Shown here: in pieces, positions 49,165 to 53,703 of the stretch
Layout: each line of letters starts with the position of its first letter
Position numbering within the stretch: the first letter of the stretch is position 1
Assembly (NCBI GenBank): GCA_018398765.1
Contig: JAHBMJ010000236.1
Location: forward strand, 1-53,703
Direction of reading: 5' to 3'
Length of the DNA: 53,703 nucleotides
Origin: Chromera velia
Taxonomy: Eukaryota
Position numbers and translations under genes: made by a program
The notes under the pieces: model-generated
The model's input: the letters and a program-made list of their open reading frames with translations, nothing else
Told to the model about the DNA's origin: nothing
Database searches by the model: none

Positions 49165-50880
49165 TACGATGTTTAGTGTTTCAGGTTGAATCAATCAATA
49201 GAATCGAAGAAATAAAGAAGCAGATTCTAAGTAAAGTCTGATCAAAATTAACTTAAAAACGATTTTCAAGATTTGAATAAGCAAACTTTGAGCAACGTGA
49301 TGTACGTAAAATTATATTGTATGACATAAATTAAATATAACTTAGGCCATTATTTGGTAGTCCCGCCGGACCATAATCTAGACCATAATCTATATAGAAA
49401 AAATTATTCAAGTTTCTGTGTCATTCGATACTAAGCCAGACATAAGCCTAAACCGTCTCTAGAACCGTCTCTAGAACCGTCTAGAACCGAACTGTAAGAA
49501 TGTTCTAGTATGATTAGTTCTCTTCCAACAGCCGAGACAGTCCTGCTATGCACGTACTGTTCACTAAGGGACTGACGATGGACTCTACCGAAATCACCAA
49601 CCCCAAGATTGATTAATGTGACGGCATGCTCTCACTTCTGGATAAGTCAAGTAATCGAACGAAAAGAATGCATGCAAAAAATTCAACTTTTGTACGATCT
49701 GGGTGGGGACGCCGAAAAAAGTGAATAATTAATGTATGTACCTTCTACACGCGCATCATTCGCAAAAAGTCATAGGTCTGATCGCATATACAATGGTGCT
49801 GACACATCGGAACCGTGCATGCAATATCAGACGAACTGACTCCAAGAATGCAACATCTGATCAATCGAAAAGCATAGGACAAGGCATGAGAACCGATGTG
49901 CAAGACCCCTCTTTCCCCTTTGCTGCTGTCTTTTGTCTATCACTTCCAGCAGGTGAATAGTACACTCAATGGTATAAGCAGGAAAGAATATAAGAAGATC
50001 AATTATCAAAGGAGGGAATGTAACAAAATCAACCAAGAACAGTAAAAAGAAAGAAAGTTCTTTCATTCCATAATGCGATCAATGAAAGACTCCTCGAACG
50101 AGCAATAACATCAGAAAAAACCTTCACGAGAAAATAAAAAGGCCAACGAAGAAGAAAACATTCAAAAAAAAGAAAAGTCAGTTCATCAATAAGAACATAA
50201 GCAGGGGCATTACAGGAAAGCAAAGAACGCAATACATTCGAACTCATCTGTCCGATCATTCCCTGCAACCGAGGAATACAAGAAAAACCATGGATGAATC
50301 TAACTCTCTTCAGCGTAGGGAAGGGAGGGAATGGAAGAGCATTATCGAAATCATGGAGGCAAAAAAAAGAAAAAACACAAAGGTCATGATACCATTCGAT
50401 GAGAGCATCCCGATTAGGGTTTATAGCTGTAAAAAACAAAATAGAGGGTGCCTGTTAGAGAAAGAAAATCCGAAGCCCCAGCACTGTGGAGCCTTCCTAC
50501 CTTTCCAAGACATATTCAGGACTGTAAAGATCTTCCTGTAAAAGTAAAGCAGGAGGGCTCCCATCCCGAAAACTCATTACATCAGAAGAAGCACAGCCAG
50601 GAAAATGAACAAAAAGAGAGCGGTCATCCATATATCGTGCACCAAAGCATGACTTGTCTTCCCAAGATGAAACAGAGAAAGAATCAGTAACCGAGAACTG
50701 CTTATAGATTTATATGTACGTATGTATACCTTGTCTAATATAGAGCTAGATAAAGATTATGTAGTAGAGTCACGCAAAAAACCTAGAAATAGTCTAATAA
50801 GGATCTATAACCTCTAGCATGACTGTAATGATAGTTAAAATTTTTAAAAGTTTAATCTTAAGACGTCTCACTTAATCTAG

Positions 50881-51102
<222 letters not shown>

Positions 51103-51805
51103 TAGGAAGTACTTAGCAAACGCCGAAGAAGGCATTCAGATGGAGGAGCGTCAAGTATGAGGTCATATGAGAGAGAGAGCTAGTAGCGAGAGCAGTAATC
51201 AGGACAGAAGGAAGAGATGAAAGACGTATAGGCCAGACGCTAGGAACAAACTTTAAGTTGAACCTGTGTGGACTGTACTGCCAATCTATGCAGATACTGT
51301 AAAAAACTAGTTATGACAATTCCAGTGAACTTGAGCAACTCAGACTTCTTTGTTTTACCTTCGTTCATCATGCATTTTGCATACTAGGAGTAATTTTCAA
51401 AAAAAAACCAAAAACCAAAAAAAAAAATACGGTCTCCAAGGCTTTTTTTTTTTCTTTACTTTTCAATGATAACCTCCATCAAGACATGACAAGCATATGC
51501 AAGACCTTGCAACACACAAACAAGAGTTGTATAACAGTGCAACAACATTCATTTATCATTATAACAAAGAAACAATAGTATAACAACACTTAAACAACAC
51601 TTGTTAATTCATGCAACACATCAACAACACTTAAACAACATATTTTTTAGTTTGGCATCAGAAAACAAACAAACAAAAAAGTGAAAATGACCTTTTTTTT
51701 TTTTTTTGAAAATTACCCCTAGTTTGCATACTCTATTACTCTCTCAAAAAGATCTCAAACTGCTTGTTTTCATAATAGTTCTCATTTCATTTGTAATTTC
51801 TTCGG

Positions 51806-51871
<66 letters not shown>

Positions 51872-51927
51872 GTTTTCGACTACACTGCTGAATTTATTTG
51901 CATGCCCTAGCACCACCACAGTCCCTC

Positions 51928-53296
51928 TCACTGATCGTCCGGCAAGGACGGCAGGGGAGGTCTGGTGGCTATCCAGGAGGAGGGGCCAAGAAGGGGAAAC
52001 AGGTGGAGGAGGAACCGGAGGCCCCCTCCCTCCTTTCCCCACACACCCCTCCTGGTCATGTCCTCACGGAGAGGATCCGCAAACGCGATGGACAAAATCA
52101 AAAAGTCCAAACTTGACACTGCAGAACAAAAGAAATACACGGATAACCAAGAGGCGGGAGGAGGGAGGGGGAGACGTAGATGAATGAGATGTGCGTGAAG
52201 TCCGACTGTCTGCTGACCAAAGCCAGAAAGCGCAGGAAGGAGAAAAGAATTACGCACGGTCCAGCAACGTGAGAAGAAACAGTGGGTGCGTGGGTGGGTG
52301 AATAAGTGAGTGAGTAGGTGGGTAGGCGTGTGGATGTGTGTGTCTGTGTCACAGGAAGTGATTGAAATGCTGTATTTTCGTCTTCTTTCCAGTCGTCGCC
52401 TTTCCTTTCTCTGTTGCATGAGTCTGGGTTCGTCATTGCGTCTTCCTGCCTTCTGCTTCTCTCCTTCTCTCCTCTCCCCGTCGACAATGACTCGAAAGCC
52501 CGAGACAAAACCATAAGAATATCAGTGGAGGGGCACTTATCTTTTTTAAAAAAACCAAGCAAGACCGACCATGAACCAAGGCTTGTTGCGACCAGAGTTC
52601 CTTGAATCCCCTCACCACCTCATCCCAGCTTTGTCTGCTCTCCTCAGAGAACACAGACCCCGGAAGAATTCCAAAACTCAGCCAGCAGGCCCAAGCAAAA
52701 AGGCCTAATCCAAACAGACGATTCTCCAACAGCTTCTTTCCAGGAAACTCATCAGAAAACCCCACATTGACCTGTGGGGAGAGGAAACACATGGGAAGAA
52801 AATGATGAGGTCGGAATCGCACTTTATCGAGAAGCACTGCAGATGGGGGCTTCCAGCACATACACACACAAAAAAGTCAGGCGAAGAGTTTACGCAAAAA
52901 CTCAAAGACCGTCAGTCAGAAAACACACAAAAGGACTACGCGGCAAGGAAAGCGAATTCACGTTGACTTGGGGTCCTAATCCTACCTGTTTGAAAACAGA
53001 ACAATGCAACTTTCCCGATCGAGAATTCATCCCCCCCTCTCGTTCCACCCAACCCCATTCCAGCTACTTGCAGCCCCCCCAGACCCCCCATGCACCTGCT
53101 GAGAGCGGAGGGCCAGATAGGGTCCTGTGGCGAAGAAGCCCAAGGCGAGGGACGAGAAGAGATACGGGAGCGGGGGCACTTTCTGCCTCTTCTCTCCTGT
53201 CTGAGGGTCCACGCCCCCCCCAGGCAAAAGCACTGCCATGAAGACAGCCGGAAGAACGCCGAGGGCATTGAACACGAAGTTGAAGAGCCGGTTGAT
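51928..53296 (-). CDS. Last three exons of a DUF2834-like (cyanobacterial/plastid-type) membrane protein; 5' part lies beyond the right edge
   Basis: Exons 53096-53296, 52570-52771 and 51928-52118 splice in phase: FNALGVLPAVFMAVLLP..QKVPPLPY..ALGFFATGPYLALR..LVHVSSLDFLILS..EDMTRR..PLLGP..RPPLP*. Confidence 0.75.
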
Positions 53297-53466
53297 CTGC
53301 ATCCATCAAAACAAAAAGGAAAAGAAGGAAGACGGGCAGCAAAAGGATCGGGGAAGCAAGAAGAAAACCAATCTAACAGAGACTCACGTGAAGCTGACAT
53401 GTAAAGACGTGTATCGACATACACAGACAGAGCGACAGACAGACAGACAGACAGACAGACACACAC

Positions 53467-53552
<86 letters not shown>

Positions 53553-53703
53553 CAGCATGAAGGACGGAAAAAAGCGACAAGGAAGGAAGCCACAATACAC
53601 ACATACACACGTACATACACACACACACACACACACATACGTACATACACACACACATACACATACTCACACACGGACACACACACACACACACACACAC
53701 ACA

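Noticed and set aside
50029..50690. Possible transposase remnant (MIPFDESIPIRVY)
   Set aside because: Similarity too weak to support without a search

Overview
Eukaryotic genomic DNA with microsatellite-rich spliceosomal introns. The intron style and a cyanobacterial/plastid-type gene suggest a Chromera-like photosynthetic alveolate (inference). Host genes: a multi-exon low-complexity gene (- strand, runs off the left edge); a multi-exon AIR9/A9-Ig-like plus coiled-coil gene (-); a divergent intronless, signal-peptide-bearing class-V PLP lyase (+); a disrupted membrane-protein ORF (+); and the last exons of a DUF2834-like membrane protein (-). Mobile DNA: a decayed Ty3/gypsy element (about 7.1-14.4 kb) whose gag carries a 587-bp hAT-like MITE; a full-length decayed Ty1/copia element (40962-47200, -); and a head-to-tail array of a ~2-kb Gag-only LTR element (29299-38454; 5 shared LTRs, 4 internal units, one 5-bp TSD). 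The array is the most notable item. It shares three features with the neighbouring copia: homologous Gag, non-canonical TG...TA termini, and a TGG-less primer-site motif (CATA|TCAGTGTGT). This suggests a helper/parasite or Gag-restriction pair. Repeat copies diverge mostly by C>T/G>A, often at CpA, which is RIP-like. All alignments and counts were done by eye.
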